Shown here: in pieces, positions 39,473 to 50,309 of the stretch | Numbering within the stretch: position 1 is the first letter of the stretch | Layout: each line of letters opens with the position of its first letter | From: Thermodesulfobacteriota bacterium | Lineage (GTDB): Bacteria > Desulfobacterota_D > UBA1144 > Nemesobacterales > UBA2774 | Direction of reading: 5' to 3' | DNA: 64,000 nucleotides | NCBI GenBank assembly: GCA_965223335.1 | Contig: OZ244991.1 | Location: 544,001-608,000, forward strand | Translations under genes and position numbers: made by a program | The notes under the pieces: model-generated | Database searches by the model: none | What the model was told of the DNA's origin: nothing | What the model saw: only the letters and a program-made list of their open reading frames with translations

Positions 39473-40801
39473 GTGTCCAAACAAAACATATTCGATGAGC
39501 TTAGCAACATAGCAGGGAGTGATAATGTAAAGGATCTCGATGCCCACGAGGATATCTACCCTAGGATTAGCAGTAGAGATTCTATAGCTGTGTTCCCGAA
39601 TACCGTTACGGAAGTCTCAGAGATACTTAAATTTGCGAATAAAGATTCTCTAACCCTATGCCCTCTAGGCGCAGGATCAAAAATGGGATATGGCATTTCG
39701 AAGAGCACCCCTTCTGTACTATTATCACTTTCGGATCTAAATAAGGAATTTGAACATAATGCAAACGATCTAGTCGCAACAGGGGCAGCGGGTATCGCGC
39801 TTAATGAGTTTCAATCCAGGCTGCGAACCGACGGACAACTACTACCTCTAGATCCCCCCTCGGCACAATCATGCACGCTTGGCGGCTTGGTGGCATCGAA
39901 CCAGAACGGGCCCATGAGGCTTCGTTATGGCACAGTGCGCGAGCTCCTCATAGGCATTCAGATTGTACGGGCCGACGGCACTGTGGCAAGGGGCGGGGCC
40001 AAGGTTGTAAAAAACGTTGCCGGCTACGACCTGCCCAAACTTCTCACGGGCTCTATGGGCACACTGGGTGTAATAACCGAGACCACATGGAGACTCCACC
40101 CCCGGCAGGAATCATCTAAAACCTACATCGCAACTTTCGCAAAATTACAAAAAGCACACGAGACCGTGATGGCTTTGCTCGACTCTGATTTAGTCTTAAC
40201 CTGCTTAGAGGTCATAGAACCCAACCTGACCCACGAAATATCAAATAAATTAGATCTGGGTATTAAAAAGAACCGGTACTCCTTGGCTGTAAGGATTGAT
40301 AACGTAGAGAAAGCCGTGGATGACCAAATGAACACCGTTGTCAAGATCTGCAACAAAAACAGGGGACAAGGTTTAACGCTTGAAAGCCAATCGGAGAGTG
40401 ATTTTTGGGATAATGCTCGCAGCTATACGATCGGGCTTGAAGATGAATGGGTGGTTTGTAGCGCCGGGGTGCTTATAACGGATGTCCCGCATATATTGGA
40501 ATCACTCACCGAGGCCTCCCGCGATATGGGCATTTCGGTCCGTGCATCCTCACGGGCCGCAAACGGCTCTGTAACGATTGCACTACATCATGAGGACACT
40601 GAGGATCTCAAGAGAGCCGTCTTACTTCTACGCACAAAAGCTACCGCGCTCGGGGGACACCTTATAATTACCTCCCTGCCGCTTACTATGGATTCGGGCC
40701 CCGACCCGTGGGGTGATCTCGGTAGTTCCACAACCACAATGAGGCTCCTAAAATCCAATTTCGATCCCAACAACATACTTAATCCCCATATCTATTTTTG
40801 A
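39473..40801 (+). CDS. glcE: Glycolate oxidase FAD-binding subunit
   Basis: GPMRLRYG, GGAKVVKNVAGYDLPKL, FDPNNILNP. Confidence 0.88.
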   Translation: MSKQNIFDELSNIAGSDNVKDLDAHEDIYPRISSRDSIAVFPNTVTEVSEILKFANKDSLTLCPLGAGSKMGYGISKSTPSVLLSLSDLNKEFEHNANDLVATGAAGIALNEFQSRLRTDGQLLPLDPPSAQSCTLGGLVASNQNGPMRLRYGTVRELLIGIQIVRADGTVARGGAKVVKNVAGYDLPKLLTGSMGTLGVITETTWRLHPRQESSKTYIATFAKLQKAHETVMALLDSDLVLTCLEVIEPNLTHEISNKLDLGIKKNRYSLAVRIDNVEKAVDDQMNTVVKICNKNRGQGLTLESQSESDFWDNARSYTIGLEDEWVVCSAGVLITDVPHILESLTEASRDMGISVRASSRAANGSVTIALHHEDTEDLKRAVLLLRTKATALGGHLIITSLPLTMDSGPDPWGDLGSSTTTMRLLKSNFDPNNILNPHIYF

Positions 40802-40897
40802 TTGATCACCGACCATTATCTACTTACTTGAACTATATTAATAGGCGGGTTACGATAATTTCGCATTTTATTAAGTAGGAGTATATTTACTCAAAGT

Positions 40898-41662
40898 ATG
40901 GTCAGAAGAGAGCTAGAAAACGGCTGGTTGCTAATAAACCAGCACAACCACGGTAAGCTTGCAGGCACTATTATAGAACATTGGGGCAACCAATTATTCG
41001 AGGCCCCAGATCCCTTTGAAGAGGTCATCTATGCTGTTCGCGAGCACGATTCGGGCTGGCAACAGTGGGACAAGGCCCCCAAAATTTGCCAAGAGACCCA
41101 CTACCCCGCCAACTTCCTCGAGATGACCACAAGCGATCAGCGCGACATATGGTCCAGGTCGTTCTCCAACCACTCTAAACACGACTATGCATCGGCCCTA
41201 ATCGCTCTTCATTTCTCGAAATTCAACAAACGGTCGTTAACAAAGAACCCGAATGACCCAGTGTCCAAGGCACTTGAAAAAGAGATAAACGGTTTTGTAA
41301 GCGACAAACTTAGGAGCCTGTACGGTAACGGCGACGAACTGCCGCTCGATATGCAGATAAACCTAAAACTCGTCCAGGCCGCAGACATCATATCCCTTGC
41401 ACTCTGCCACGGTTGGAACTCAGTCGAGATAACAGATGTGCCCAAGAACTATAAAGGAGAATCGTCTGCCATAAGGCTTGTATCAGACGACAGCACCAAC
41501 TTTGTATTGGACCCCTACCCGTTTTGTAAAAGCCCCATACGGGTTTCAGTAACTGGAAAGATCTTGTTGCAAAAAACATTCGAGAGCGACGAGCAACTAC
41601 GCCTGTGCTACAAAAAGTCAAAGCCCAAAACCCTCGAGTTTACAATCCATAATGATTCATGA
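40898..41662 (+). CDS. DUF3891-like protein (HD-type metal-binding motif)
   Basis: LINQHNHGKLAG..HWGN, AVREHDSGW, IALH, ADIISLALC, LDPYPF. Confidence 0.7.
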   Translation: MVRRELENGWLLINQHNHGKLAGTIIEHWGNQLFEAPDPFEEVIYAVREHDSGWQQWDKAPKICQETHYPANFLEMTTSDQRDIWSRSFSNHSKHDYASALIALHFSKFNKRSLTKNPNDPVSKALEKEINGFVSDKLRSLYGNGDELPLDMQINLKLVQAADIISLALCHGWNSVEITDVPKNYKGESSAIRLVSDDSTNFVLDPYPFCKSPIRVSVTGKILLQKTFESDEQLRLCYKKSKPKTLEFTIHNDS

Positions 41663-41680
41663 GATAATAGATGCTGACTC

Positions 41681-42958
41681 ATGAGAGCATTCGACGATAT
41701 TGACAAGCCTGATCCCGAGCTCATAAGAGACTGTGTACACTGCGGGTTTTGTTTGGCTACCTGCCCCACGTATCTCGTCACAGGCAATGAACTCGATTCG
41801 CCGCGCGGCAGGATCTATTTGATGAAATCCGCCCTAGAGGGTGAGGTGGCGATGGAAACGCCTCTAGTAAAACACCTCGAGCTCTGCCTGGGTTGCCTTG
41901 CATGCGAGACATCTTGTCCCTCGGGTGTGCAATACGGCACTTTAATCGAGAGTGCCAAATCCCAAATCCAAAGGCGCTATCAAAAACCGATGCCCGAGAG
42001 TTTTTACCATTCACTATTGTTTAGCATTTTCCCATATCCAAAACGACTCTCATTGCTGCTCCCGTTTCTTTATTTCTACCAAAAAACCGGGCTTAAAAAA
42101 CTGGTCGAATCATCAGGGTTACTCAAAAGAATCTCAAATAAATTCGCCGGCATGTCAGAGATACTCCCCGAAATAAAGAGTCCTACAACAAAGGCCCTGG
42201 CACACTACACACCTGCTGCAGGCAAAAGACGCTACAGCGTAGCGCTGCTAAGCGGTTGTGTGCAGAGCGTGCTGTTTCCCGAGACCAATCAAGCCACCGT
42301 CCGAGTACTGGCGCGTAACGGTTGCGATGTATATGTCCCTGAGACTCAAGGCTGTTGTGGTGCATTATCCATCCACTCAGGCAGGCTCGGGGAGGGAAGA
42401 AACTTTGCCAAACAAACTATAGATCTATTTTCCAAACTCGATGTGGATGCAGTCATCGTAAACTCGGCAGGGTGCGGTTCTACAATGAAAGAATACGAAA
42501 ACGTTCTAAAAGACGACCCTCAATATATAGAAAAAGCCCAGACGCTTAGCAATAAGACCAAGGACATTATGGAGTTTTTATCCGAGATAGGCCTCCCGAG
42601 CAAACCCGGCAGGTTAGAGCTAGAGGTCACTTATCAGGACGCGTGTCATATTGCTCACGGGCAACGCATAACTGAGCAGCCGAGAGAAGTCCTGGGCGAA
42701 ATCCCGGGACTTAAACTCGTCGAGATGGCGGAATCAGCCATATGCTGCGGGAGTGCAGGTATCTATAATCTAGTAGAGCCCGAGATGTCTCGGGAATTGC
42801 TCGATAGAAAAATAACAAATCTCGAGGATACGGGTGTCACCACGTTAACTGCTGGCAACCCTGGGTGTCTGTTGCAGATCAAAAAAGGCATAGATCAAAA
42901 AGGGCTTAAGATTGAGACCCTCCACCCCATCGAGCTACTCGACAGGGCCTATAAATAA
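41681..42958 (+). CDS. glcF: Glycolate oxidase iron-sulfur subunit
   Basis: CVHCGFCLATCP, CLGCLACETSCP, two CCG domains. Confidence 0.92.
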   Translation: MRAFDDIDKPDPELIRDCVHCGFCLATCPTYLVTGNELDSPRGRIYLMKSALEGEVAMETPLVKHLELCLGCLACETSCPSGVQYGTLIESAKSQIQRRYQKPMPESFYHSLLFSIFPYPKRLSLLLPFLYFYQKTGLKKLVESSGLLKRISNKFAGMSEILPEIKSPTTKALAHYTPAAGKRRYSVALLSGCVQSVLFPETNQATVRVLARNGCDVYVPETQGCCGALSIHSGRLGEGRNFAKQTIDLFSKLDVDAVIVNSAGCGSTMKEYENVLKDDPQYIEKAQTLSNKTKDIMEFLSEIGLPSKPGRLELEVTYQDACHIAHGQRITEQPREVLGEIPGLKLVEMAESAICCGSAGIYNLVEPEMSRELLDRKITNLEDTGVTTLTAGNPGCLLQIKKGIDQKGLKIETLHPIELLDRAYK

Positions 42959-43103
42959 CTGTTCATAAAGTATAGGTCATACCGTCACAACCTACATAAC
43001 TATCCGATATTATATCGAAATATTCACATCTATATATTTTAATTGGATCACTGCCGAACTCTAGGTATCTTTTAGTTAAACCAACCACAGGAGACTTAAC
43101 CAT

Positions 43104-43700
43104 ATGAAGCCTCTTTCCCCAGTTCTCTTCGCATTCTTTATCATATGCCTGGTTAGTTGCGACCAGATTGAAAACCTTACGTCCGCAGGGAGGGATCCCG
43201 ATCCGCTAATCAATGAGCAAGTCGTAGAATCGGTTAACTACAACCTCACAACGCCTGTATACGGAGTTCGGGTTGCAATTGACAACGCTGTGAGTGCAGG
43301 TACTTCCAGTATCCTAAACCTAATCGATAACCAGTCAACCAGTTTCCTAAACTGCCAGTTTGCAGAGGGTGCCGAGATCGGCAACATGGACTTTGAGCTT
43401 GCGGGGGGCAGAATCGTGTCACCGCTCTCGGAACTAAGAGTTTACGTTGTCCCAAGGGAGTTTGAATGTGATGCTGTTGGTCTCAGTGTATGCGCTGGGA
43501 TCCAGTTTGATGGGCTTGACGTTATAGTCATTTCCGAAGGCGGATTCTTTGATTGCGGCGACTTCCCCTTCTTGAAACATGAACTCGGCCACCGTTATGG
43601 TATGGAGCCCGACCACAGCAATCAATTCTTATACGATGCCTGCATAGAACCTCCCGACTGTTCATTGGAGGATATAATCAATATAGGCATAGGTGGATAA
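43104..43700 (+). CDS. Lipoprotein with HExxH zincin-like motif
   Basis: Lipobox LVSC, KHELGHRYGMEPDH, six further Cys. Confidence 0.65.
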   Translation: MKPLSPVLFAFFIICLVSCDQIENLTSAGRDPDPLINEQVVESVNYNLTTPVYGVRVAIDNAVSAGTSSILNLIDNQSTSFLNCQFAEGAEIGNMDFELAGGRIVSPLSELRVYVVPREFECDAVGLSVCAGIQFDGLDVIVISEGGFFDCGDFPFLKHELGHRYGMEPDHSNQFLYDACIEPPDCSLEDIINIGIGG

Positions 43701-43726
43701 TCCAAGTAAGCCAATGCTATGTTTCT

Positions 43727-44323
43727 TTAGGTTTGGTATTTATGACTATCCCTTAACACGAGCCTAAGCACTGTGTTAATTATTACTGTCAGCACTACTA
43801 AGAGTGCCACTGTGTATTTAAAAAACGACCTGGGCATTATGTAGTAGGACAGGTCGTACCGGTTATTTACCCATAAATTGTTATCGAACAGTAGAGGGTG
43901 AAAAACATCTCGCCAAAATGTGCCGAAAAAGGGCAGAACAAGCAGTAAACTGAGCACTACGGCTATATTAATTAATGCAAATTTTCTAACCCTGATCTTA
44001 TCGAATAGCACTATCAATAGAACAACAAAGATTAAACCCACAATCGCCATCCGATCAAACATCCACCTTACCTCAGTGAGGTGCAGGGTCTCTTTGTTGG
44101 TCCAATAGGATTTTAACTCACCCGTGTGCAAGAAAAATGCGTTTAGCTCCTCTATGCCTGTATGAGCTTTATCGTATCCAATGGTTGCACAACGGCCATG
44201 CCACCCACAGTTAATCTCAAACCAGTACGGGGTGTAAATGAGAAGTGTCATAGGGATATAAAAAGTCAGATACAAGAGCGAGAAAAACAACACAGTCCCT
44301 CTGACTTTTGTTAATATACCCAT
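43727..44323 (-). CDS. Lit / DUF1461-like integral membrane protein
   Basis: Four TM segments, ETLHLTEVR, VFHPLLFDNNLW...IMPRSFF. Confidence 0.65.
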   Translation of the reverse strand: MGILTKVRGTVLFFSLLYLTFYIPMTLLIYTPYWFEINCGWHGRCATIGYDKAHTGIEELNAFFLHTGELKSYWTNKETLHLTEVRWMFDRMAIVGLIFVVLLIVLFDKIRVRKFALINIAVVLSLLLVLPFFGTFWRDVFHPLLFDNNLWVNNRYDLSYYIMPRSFFKYTVALLVVLTVIINTVLRLVLRDSHKYQT

Positions 44324-44370
44324 GACATTGATAGACTATCGGAACTATTAGACTAAATCGAGCAGGGGCT

Positions 44371-45633
44371 TTATAGAGAGGGCGACTCGGAAACGTCCTG
44401 CTCCCCGACATCCAAGTTTTGGGCCTCGGTACCGGAAGCAAGAGCCTCGGGGGCCTGAGTAAAACGCAAAACCAAATAACCCAAAATCGCAGAGATGAAT
44501 GAGCCTATCAAAATGCCCAGACGCGATGCGTTTGCATAAAGCCCCACGTCCTCCTCAAACGCAAGTGTCGTTATAAATAGACTCATGGTGAATCCAATAC
44601 CGCAGAGAATCGATGCACCGTAAATAGCACTCCAATTTAGGTCCGACGACAGTTTTGCAAAACCCAATCTTACCGCTGCTTTTGCAAAACCAAACACACC
44701 GATCTGCTTACCTATCAGAAGCCCCAATGCTACCCCCAAGGGTACGGGTTCAAACAGAGAGGACAAAGACATCCCCCCAAGCGGCACTCCGGCATTTGCA
44801 AATGCAAAGATCGGCATTATACCAAACGCCACCCACGGGTGGAGCGTATGCTCGAGGTTTCTTAGCGGCGATGGTTCATCCTCGTATTTCGTACGCATGG
44901 GTATGGCAAACGCAAGGGCGACCCCGGCCAGCGTAGCATGCACCCCCGATTTAAGCACACAGATCCAAAGCACCACGCCCACAACTACATAGGCCGCAAT
45001 TCTTGTAACACCCAATATGTTCATCCCAAATAGCATTATGAGCGATATCCCTGCAAGTATAAGTGAGAGTAGAGATAGATGACCCGAGTAAAATAGAGCG
45101 ATAATGACTATAGCCCCTAGATCGTCAATAATAGCGAGTGTGAGTAAAAACAGTTTTAATGAGACTGGCACACGCCGTCCAAGCAGTGAAAGCACCCCGA
45201 GTGCAAAAGCAATATCGGTGGCAGCCGGTATAGCCCAGCCCCTCAGTGCTTCCATGTCCCCGGCATTTAGAGCTACGTAGATTAACGCGGGGACCAGCAT
45301 ACCGCCTATTGCAGCAATACCCGGCAATGCGAGTTGCGAGAGGCTTGAGAGCTGGCCATCTAGAATCTCACGCTTAACCTCAAGGCCTATTAACAAAAAG
45401 AATATTGCCATCAAGCCGTCGTTTATCCAAAGCAATAGAGGCTTAGCAATCTCAAGCGCCCCCACCCTGACCTCTACAGGGGTCTCTAACAGCAGGTTAT
45501 AGATATATGATAGCGGGCTGTTTGATAAAATAAGCGCAAGAACCGCGGTTAATACCAGTATTATTCCGCTCGCGGATTCGAGTTTTAAAAACTCCTTTAT
45601 AGCTTCATAGGGCCTAGCAGACCTTACAATCAT
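44371..45633 (-). CDS. nhaA: Na+/H+ antiporter
   Basis: [44 protein letters not shown]. Confidence 0.97.
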   Translation of the reverse strand: MIVRSARPYEAIKEFLKLESASGIILVLTAVLALILSNSPLSYIYNLLLETPVEVRVGALEIAKPLLLWINDGLMAIFFLLIGLEVKREILDGQLSSLSQLALPGIAAIGGMLVPALIYVALNAGDMEALRGWAIPAATDIAFALGVLSLLGRRVPVSLKLFLLTLAIIDDLGAIVIIALFYSGHLSLLSLILAGISLIMLFGMNILGVTRIAAYVVVGVVLWICVLKSGVHATLAGVALAFAIPMRTKYEDEPSPLRNLEHTLHPWVAFGIMPIFAFANAGVPLGGMSLSSLFEPVPLGVALGLLIGKQIGVFGFAKAAVRLGFAKLSSDLNWSAIYGASILCGIGFTMSLFITTLAFEEDVGLYANASRLGILIGSFISAILGYLVLRFTQAPEALASGTEAQNLDVGEQDVSESPSL

Positions 45634-45867
45634 AAAATTCGAGTCCTATGTTGTTTAGATAACTCTAAATATTTGCCAGTATCGTAATGCTCCGAGTACC
45701 CGCTAAACAGCAACGATACACTCTACCGGACTAAACGGCTATGATTATACGATAAACGCTTTATTTTATCAAAGACGAGCTTGTGTCCCGGAGTTTTTGT
45801 GCCAGTTTCTATCATGTGTTAATATCCATGAAACAACACTGTACAAAAACTAAACCCAGAGCACCTT

Positions 45868-46953
45868 ATGGAAATAGGCTACTTCACAATGCCGCTACAC
45901 CCGGCCGGTTCCGATCTAACCCAAACACTGGACGACGACCTCGAGCAGTTGATCCACTTGGACAAACTAGGGTTTAAAGAGGCCTGGATAGGTGAGCATT
46001 TCACCGCAGGTTGGGAAAATATACCAGCCCCCGACCTCCTCATCGCAAAGGCAATCCCTCTTACCAAACAGATCCTTTTGGGCACGGGGGTCTCATGCCT
46101 ACCCAACCACCACCCCTTTGTCCTAGCCCACCGCATAGCAATACTAGACCATCTTGCCAAAGGCCGCTTCCAATGGGGAGTAGGCGCAGGGAGCTTTATC
46201 GGGGACTTCGATGCATTCGAGATAGACCCCAAGGTCGGTGAGCATAGGGAGCTAACCTCAGAAGCTCTGGATTTTATAATAAACCTTTGGAACAACCCCA
46301 CTCCAGGGCTATATGAAAACAAGCGGTGGAGGTTTAAAGTACCCGTACCCCAAGACGATGTGGCTCTCGGCGTACACACCAAACCATATCAAAAACCACA
46401 CCCCCCGATTGCCGTTGCCGGCATCACCGAGAGCTCGGGAACCCTAAAGATAGCGGGAGCCAAAGGCTGGATCCCGATGAGCATTAACTTCGTCACAAAG
46501 GACGTGCTAAAAACTCATTGGGACTCAGTAGAAGAGGGGGCAAAAACCAACGGACTCACACCCGATCGGTCACAGTGGAGAATAGCAAGGGACATCTATG
46601 TAGCAGAGACCACAGAGGAGGCCCGTGCCGCCGTGAAAGAGGGCACATTGGCCAGGGATTTCACAGATTACTTCTTTAAAATGGTCCCAAAAATAAGGGG
46701 CAATCTCGATATTTTTAAGACTGATAAGGCTATGAGCGACCACGATGTCACACCGGATTATATGCTTGACAACCTATGGATTGCCGGCAGTCCCAAGGAT
46801 GTAACAGAGCAAATCAAAGAGCTCTACAACCATGTGGGCGGATTCGGGGTACTTTTAGCCATGGGACACGAATGGAGGCCCAAAGACAAGTGGATGCGGT
46901 CGATGGAACTGCTTGCCACCGAGGTTATGCCCGCTCTAAAAGACCTAAACTAA
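45868..46953 (+). CDS. LLM-class (luciferase-like) flavin-dependent oxidoreductase
   Basis: EAWIGEHF, LGTGV, LDHLAKGRFQWGVG, PYQKPHPPI. Confidence 0.9.
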   Translation: MEIGYFTMPLHPAGSDLTQTLDDDLEQLIHLDKLGFKEAWIGEHFTAGWENIPAPDLLIAKAIPLTKQILLGTGVSCLPNHHPFVLAHRIAILDHLAKGRFQWGVGAGSFIGDFDAFEIDPKVGEHRELTSEALDFIINLWNNPTPGLYENKRWRFKVPVPQDDVALGVHTKPYQKPHPPIAVAGITESSGTLKIAGAKGWIPMSINFVTKDVLKTHWDSVEEGAKTNGLTPDRSQWRIARDIYVAETTEEARAAVKEGTLARDFTDYFFKMVPKIRGNLDIFKTDKAMSDHDVTPDYMLDNLWIAGSPKDVTEQIKELYNHVGGFGVLLAMGHEWRPKDKWMRSMELLATEVMPALKDLN

Positions 46954-47083
46954 AAAATGAATGGATAACTATCTATGACTTATCTGCCAACATTATTTAG
47001 TCCTATCATATAGCAACAAGACCCCCGTCTTTTTATAACTCGTTGCAATTAATAGAGAAATCTCATAAATTACGACAGGTCAT

Positions 47084-47995
47084 ATGAGCTGGACAAAACA
47101 CACAAACAGATATCTGTGGTTGATAGTAATCTCGGGGATCCTCTCGGGCACCATCACCCCCGGGGGCCAATACTTGATCGGGGAGGGCCTATCTCTTTTC
47201 GAGGTCTCGCTCTACCGTAGCCTATTTATAGGTTTAATCCTCTTGCCTGTGCTCTTGGTTTACCGGCAATACATGATCAAAAAACGGATGGTTCTGTTTT
47301 TTACCGTGTACGGGCTCATCGGTGCGCTCCTGGAGTTGTTTATGTTCGGGGGGCTTGCGCTGGGTGTGCCGGTAGCAGTGGTGGTGCTTTTGCTATACAC
47401 ACAGCCCATATGGACAATTATCTTTGGGAGTCTTTTTTTCCACGAAAGAATCACTCCTAAGAAAATCGTATCTGTTCTGCTCGGTGTCGTGGGTGTAGCC
47501 ATTTTGCTAAATTCTTGGGGAGCTCAATCGGAGTTCTCGGTACTCGGTATAGGGTGTGCACTGCTAAGCGGTGTGTTCCTATCTCTATGGATAATATGGG
47601 GAAAACTAAGCACTGTATACAACCAGCATTACATCACTACGTCTTTTGGGTGGACTGCGTTTGCCACTTTGTGGCTGGTGATAATATGGCTTGTGATCTC
47701 GCCTTGGGTAGGGAATGACAGTTTTTTTAAGTTCTCAGCAGATTTCGGGGTTAGGGTATGGGTCATTATTCTTATTTTTGCGTCGCTCGGGGGAGTAGTG
47801 CCGTTTTTACTATTTTTCAAGGGCATAGAGCGCGTTGCAGCCTCCACTGCAGGTGTAATAATGTTACTCGAACCTCTTAGCGCCACAGTAATTGCCTCTA
47901 TGATGTTCAATCAGCCCATAACCCTGCATACGGTTTTAGGTGGGGCATTGATCCTTCTATCCAACTATTTTGTAATCGATAGCAACAACAGCTGA
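47084..47995 (+). CDS. EamA/DMT family transporter
   Basis: About 10 TM segments, LLYTQPIW..FFHERI, LLEPLSA. Confidence 0.88.
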   Translation: MSWTKHTNRYLWLIVISGILSGTITPGGQYLIGEGLSLFEVSLYRSLFIGLILLPVLLVYRQYMIKKRMVLFFTVYGLIGALLELFMFGGLALGVPVAVVVLLLYTQPIWTIIFGSLFFHERITPKKIVSVLLGVVGVAILLNSWGAQSEFSVLGIGCALLSGVFLSLWIIWGKLSTVYNQHYITTSFGWTAFATLWLVIIWLVISPWVGNDSFFKFSADFGVRVWVIILIFASLGGVVPFLLFFKGIERVAASTAGVIMLLEPLSATVIASMMFNQPITLHTVLGGALILLSNYFVIDSNNS

Positions 47996-48037
47996 GTCCC
48001 GGGGACAGGTTCGGTCAAAAAAAATCGGTGTCTATGT

Positions 48038-48478
48038 TTATTCGCTTGGGGTCTCTGAGAGAGGGGCTTGGGTAGCGCTCTCATCCACCGGCAGGACTTT
48101 GTTAATCGAATTGCTCTCAATAACAGTAAGACCGTTCATGTTCAATATAACTTCGAACAATTTGAGCACGTCCTCTTTTTTCATCCCGCCCTCCGGTGTG
48201 ATGATGGTTACCTGTTTTGATTTTACATCCTGGTGTATCAGATAGGTCTCGTCAGTAATCTCACTTACGGCTTTGATCAGGTCGATAATATCCATCTCGC
48301 TCTGTAAAAATATGATGCTGTCATCCCTTATCTCGTAAGTCTTGGCTCTCTTTGTACTCGAGCCTCCCTCGTCATCCTGCGCACGTGCCCCACCCGCAAC
48401 AAAACAGCTTACAGACACCAAGACCACAAAAACCAAAATCACTCTAGAGACAATTGTATTTGTTATCGTGAGGCTCAT
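48038..48478 (-). CDS. Exported protein consisting only of a GspD-type secretin N0-like domain
   Basis: Signal peptide ending ARA, then DIIDLIKAVSEITDETYLI...VTIITP...LFEVILNMNGLTVI...KVLP, then stop. Confidence 0.65.
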   Translation of the reverse strand: MSLTITNTIVSRVILVFVVLVSVSCFVAGGARAQDDEGGSSTKRAKTYEIRDDSIIFLQSEMDIIDLIKAVSEITDETYLIHQDVKSKQVTIITPEGGMKKEDVLKLFEVILNMNGLTVIESNSINKVLPVDESATQAPLSETPSE

Positions 48479-48495
48479 CTCGTTTATCCCCTAAA

Positions 48496-49470
48496 TCATA
48501 CATTCTGATCATGCTTAATATTGTTAATCCTCTCCTTTCTCCTACGTTTCCTATCCTCAGCCTTCTTCCAGAGCCTTATCTCCTCGGGGGTCTCGGGTCT
48601 AAACTCAGGCACCGGTTTCGGGTGGCCCCTATCGTCTAGGCTCACATAGGTCAGGAACGCCGTACATGTGTGTCTCTGCTCCCCGGTCATAACATCCTCA
48701 GAGAGCACTTTAATAGCTACTTCGAGTGAGGTGTTACCCACATAAACAATACCGGCTTTAAAAATAATGATATCCCCCACCATAATTGGGGAATAAAAGT
48801 AAAGATCGTCCAAAGAGCCCGTAACTATCACATCCCTTACAAATCTCATGGCTAATATTGCTGCGGTCTCGTCTATATCCAACATCAGTTTTCCCACAGA
48901 CATAAACTTGCCGTAAAACGCGTCCTCGGGCAGCACCACTTTTGTGGTCTCAAGCCTCTTTCTTACTATCTCTGTCTCGTCGATAGTGTTTCGAGCCTGA
49001 TCATCCCTCTTTTCAATCTTGGGCATACGCAGCTCGCGCCTTTTTTTGGCTGCCGCATACATCACCATCTCGTCGTTATCCTGGGGGGTGATGGTCTCTG
49101 TCAGCTCTCGGGTCTCTCCGTTTTCATCAACAGCGATAAACGCCAGGTGCGAGACGGTAGTAAGTTTTTTCTCGCCACTCTGAGGGTTCTCGGAATGCAC
49201 CTTAACCCCTAGGTCCATCGAGCTCTTGCCTATGTATTCGACCCAACTATCCAGCACAACTATCTCGCCCGATGACACCGGGTTTAGAAAATCGATGCTG
49301 TCCGTAGTGCCCAGCACTGTAATACCTTTTGCGATTTTAGCGGAATTTATTGTGCCTGCGAGCATTATCCAGTCCATCAAACGACCCCCATGCAGTGTGC
49401 CGTGGGTATTTGTGTGCTCAGGGGATACGAGCTGTACCATCTGGTTTGTTGTATCTTTTATCGATAGCAT
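48496..49470 (-). CDS. Double hot-dog acyl-CoA thioesterase
   Basis: PEHTNTHGTLHGGRLM, YIGKSSM; second domain YVGNTSLEV. Confidence 0.9.
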   Translation of the reverse strand: MLSIKDTTNQMVQLVSPEHTNTHGTLHGGRLMDWIMLAGTINSAKIAKGITVLGTTDSIDFLNPVSSGEIVVLDSWVEYIGKSSMDLGVKVHSENPQSGEKKLTTVSHLAFIAVDENGETRELTETITPQDNDEMVMYAAAKKRRELRMPKIEKRDDQARNTIDETEIVRKRLETTKVVLPEDAFYGKFMSVGKLMLDIDETAAILAMRFVRDVIVTGSLDDLYFYSPIMVGDIIIFKAGIVYVGNTSLEVAIKVLSEDVMTGEQRHTCTAFLTYVSLDDRGHPKPVPEFRPETPEEIRLWKKAEDRKRRRKERINNIKHDQNV

Positions 49471-49487
49471 TTTATACGTAGCCTAAT

Positions 49488-50309
49488 TCAATCCTGGTCT
49501 TTATACAAATGAACATCCCTTTGAGGAAACGGAATCGTAATACCGTTTTGATCAAGAGTGGTTTTAATCTTCTCGGTTATCTCATATTTTACATCCAAGT
49601 AATCAGTGGTCTTTACCCAGGGCCTCACAAATATATTCACACTGCTGTCGGCAAGCTCACCCACCAAAATAGCAGTTTCGGGCTCCCGAAGCACCCTGTT
49701 GTCTGATTCCAAGACACCCCTTATTACAGATCTTGCCCGTGTAATATCGTCCTCGTAGCTGATCCCGATTACCAAGTCGATTCTCCTTGTATCGTTTGAA
49801 GAGTAGTTAATTATTACGTCTGAGTACAAGAGTCCGTTAGGCACGATGATCTCTCTGTTGTCAGGCGTTATTATGGTAGTGCTGAATATGCTTACAGTCT
49901 CGACAAAACCCTTTACCCCCGCAGTTTCAACAATATCGCCCTCTTTAAAGGGCTGGAGTAATATCAACATTACACCGTTTGCAAAGTTAGCAAGCGAGTC
50001 CTTAAGAGCAAGCCCTACGGCTAGACCCGCTGCACCGAATATTGCCACCGCATAAGTCGTGTCTATACCAAGACGGCTAAGCGCGGCGATAATCACAAAG
50101 AAAATTAAGAGGATGTATACGATAGTGCCGACAAAATTAACGATAATCCTGTCAAAATTCATGCTCTGCATGATTCTTTTTGAGACCCTGACGAGTAATT
50201 TTGAGATAAATCTACCGACGATAAATATCAGTATCGCAAGCCCGATATTGATGGACCAAGGAATAGCATATGTAGATATTAGATTGTTTATATCAATATG
50301 TTCCAGCAT
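49488..50309 (-). CDS. mscS: Small-conductance mechanosensitive channel
   Basis: GAAGLAVGLAL, PFKEGD, IIVPN, GITIPFPQRDVH. Confidence 0.93.
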   Translation of the reverse strand: MLEHIDINNLISTYAIPWSINIGLAILIFIVGRFISKLLVRVSKRIMQSMNFDRIIVNFVGTIVYILLIFFVIIAALSRLGIDTTYAVAIFGAAGLAVGLALKDSLANFANGVMLILLQPFKEGDIVETAGVKGFVETVSIFSTTIITPDNREIIVPNGLLYSDVIINYSSNDTRRIDLVIGISYEDDITRARSVIRGVLESDNRVLREPETAILVGELADSSVNIFVRPWVKTTDYLDVKYEITEKIKTTLDQNGITIPFPQRDVHLYKDQD

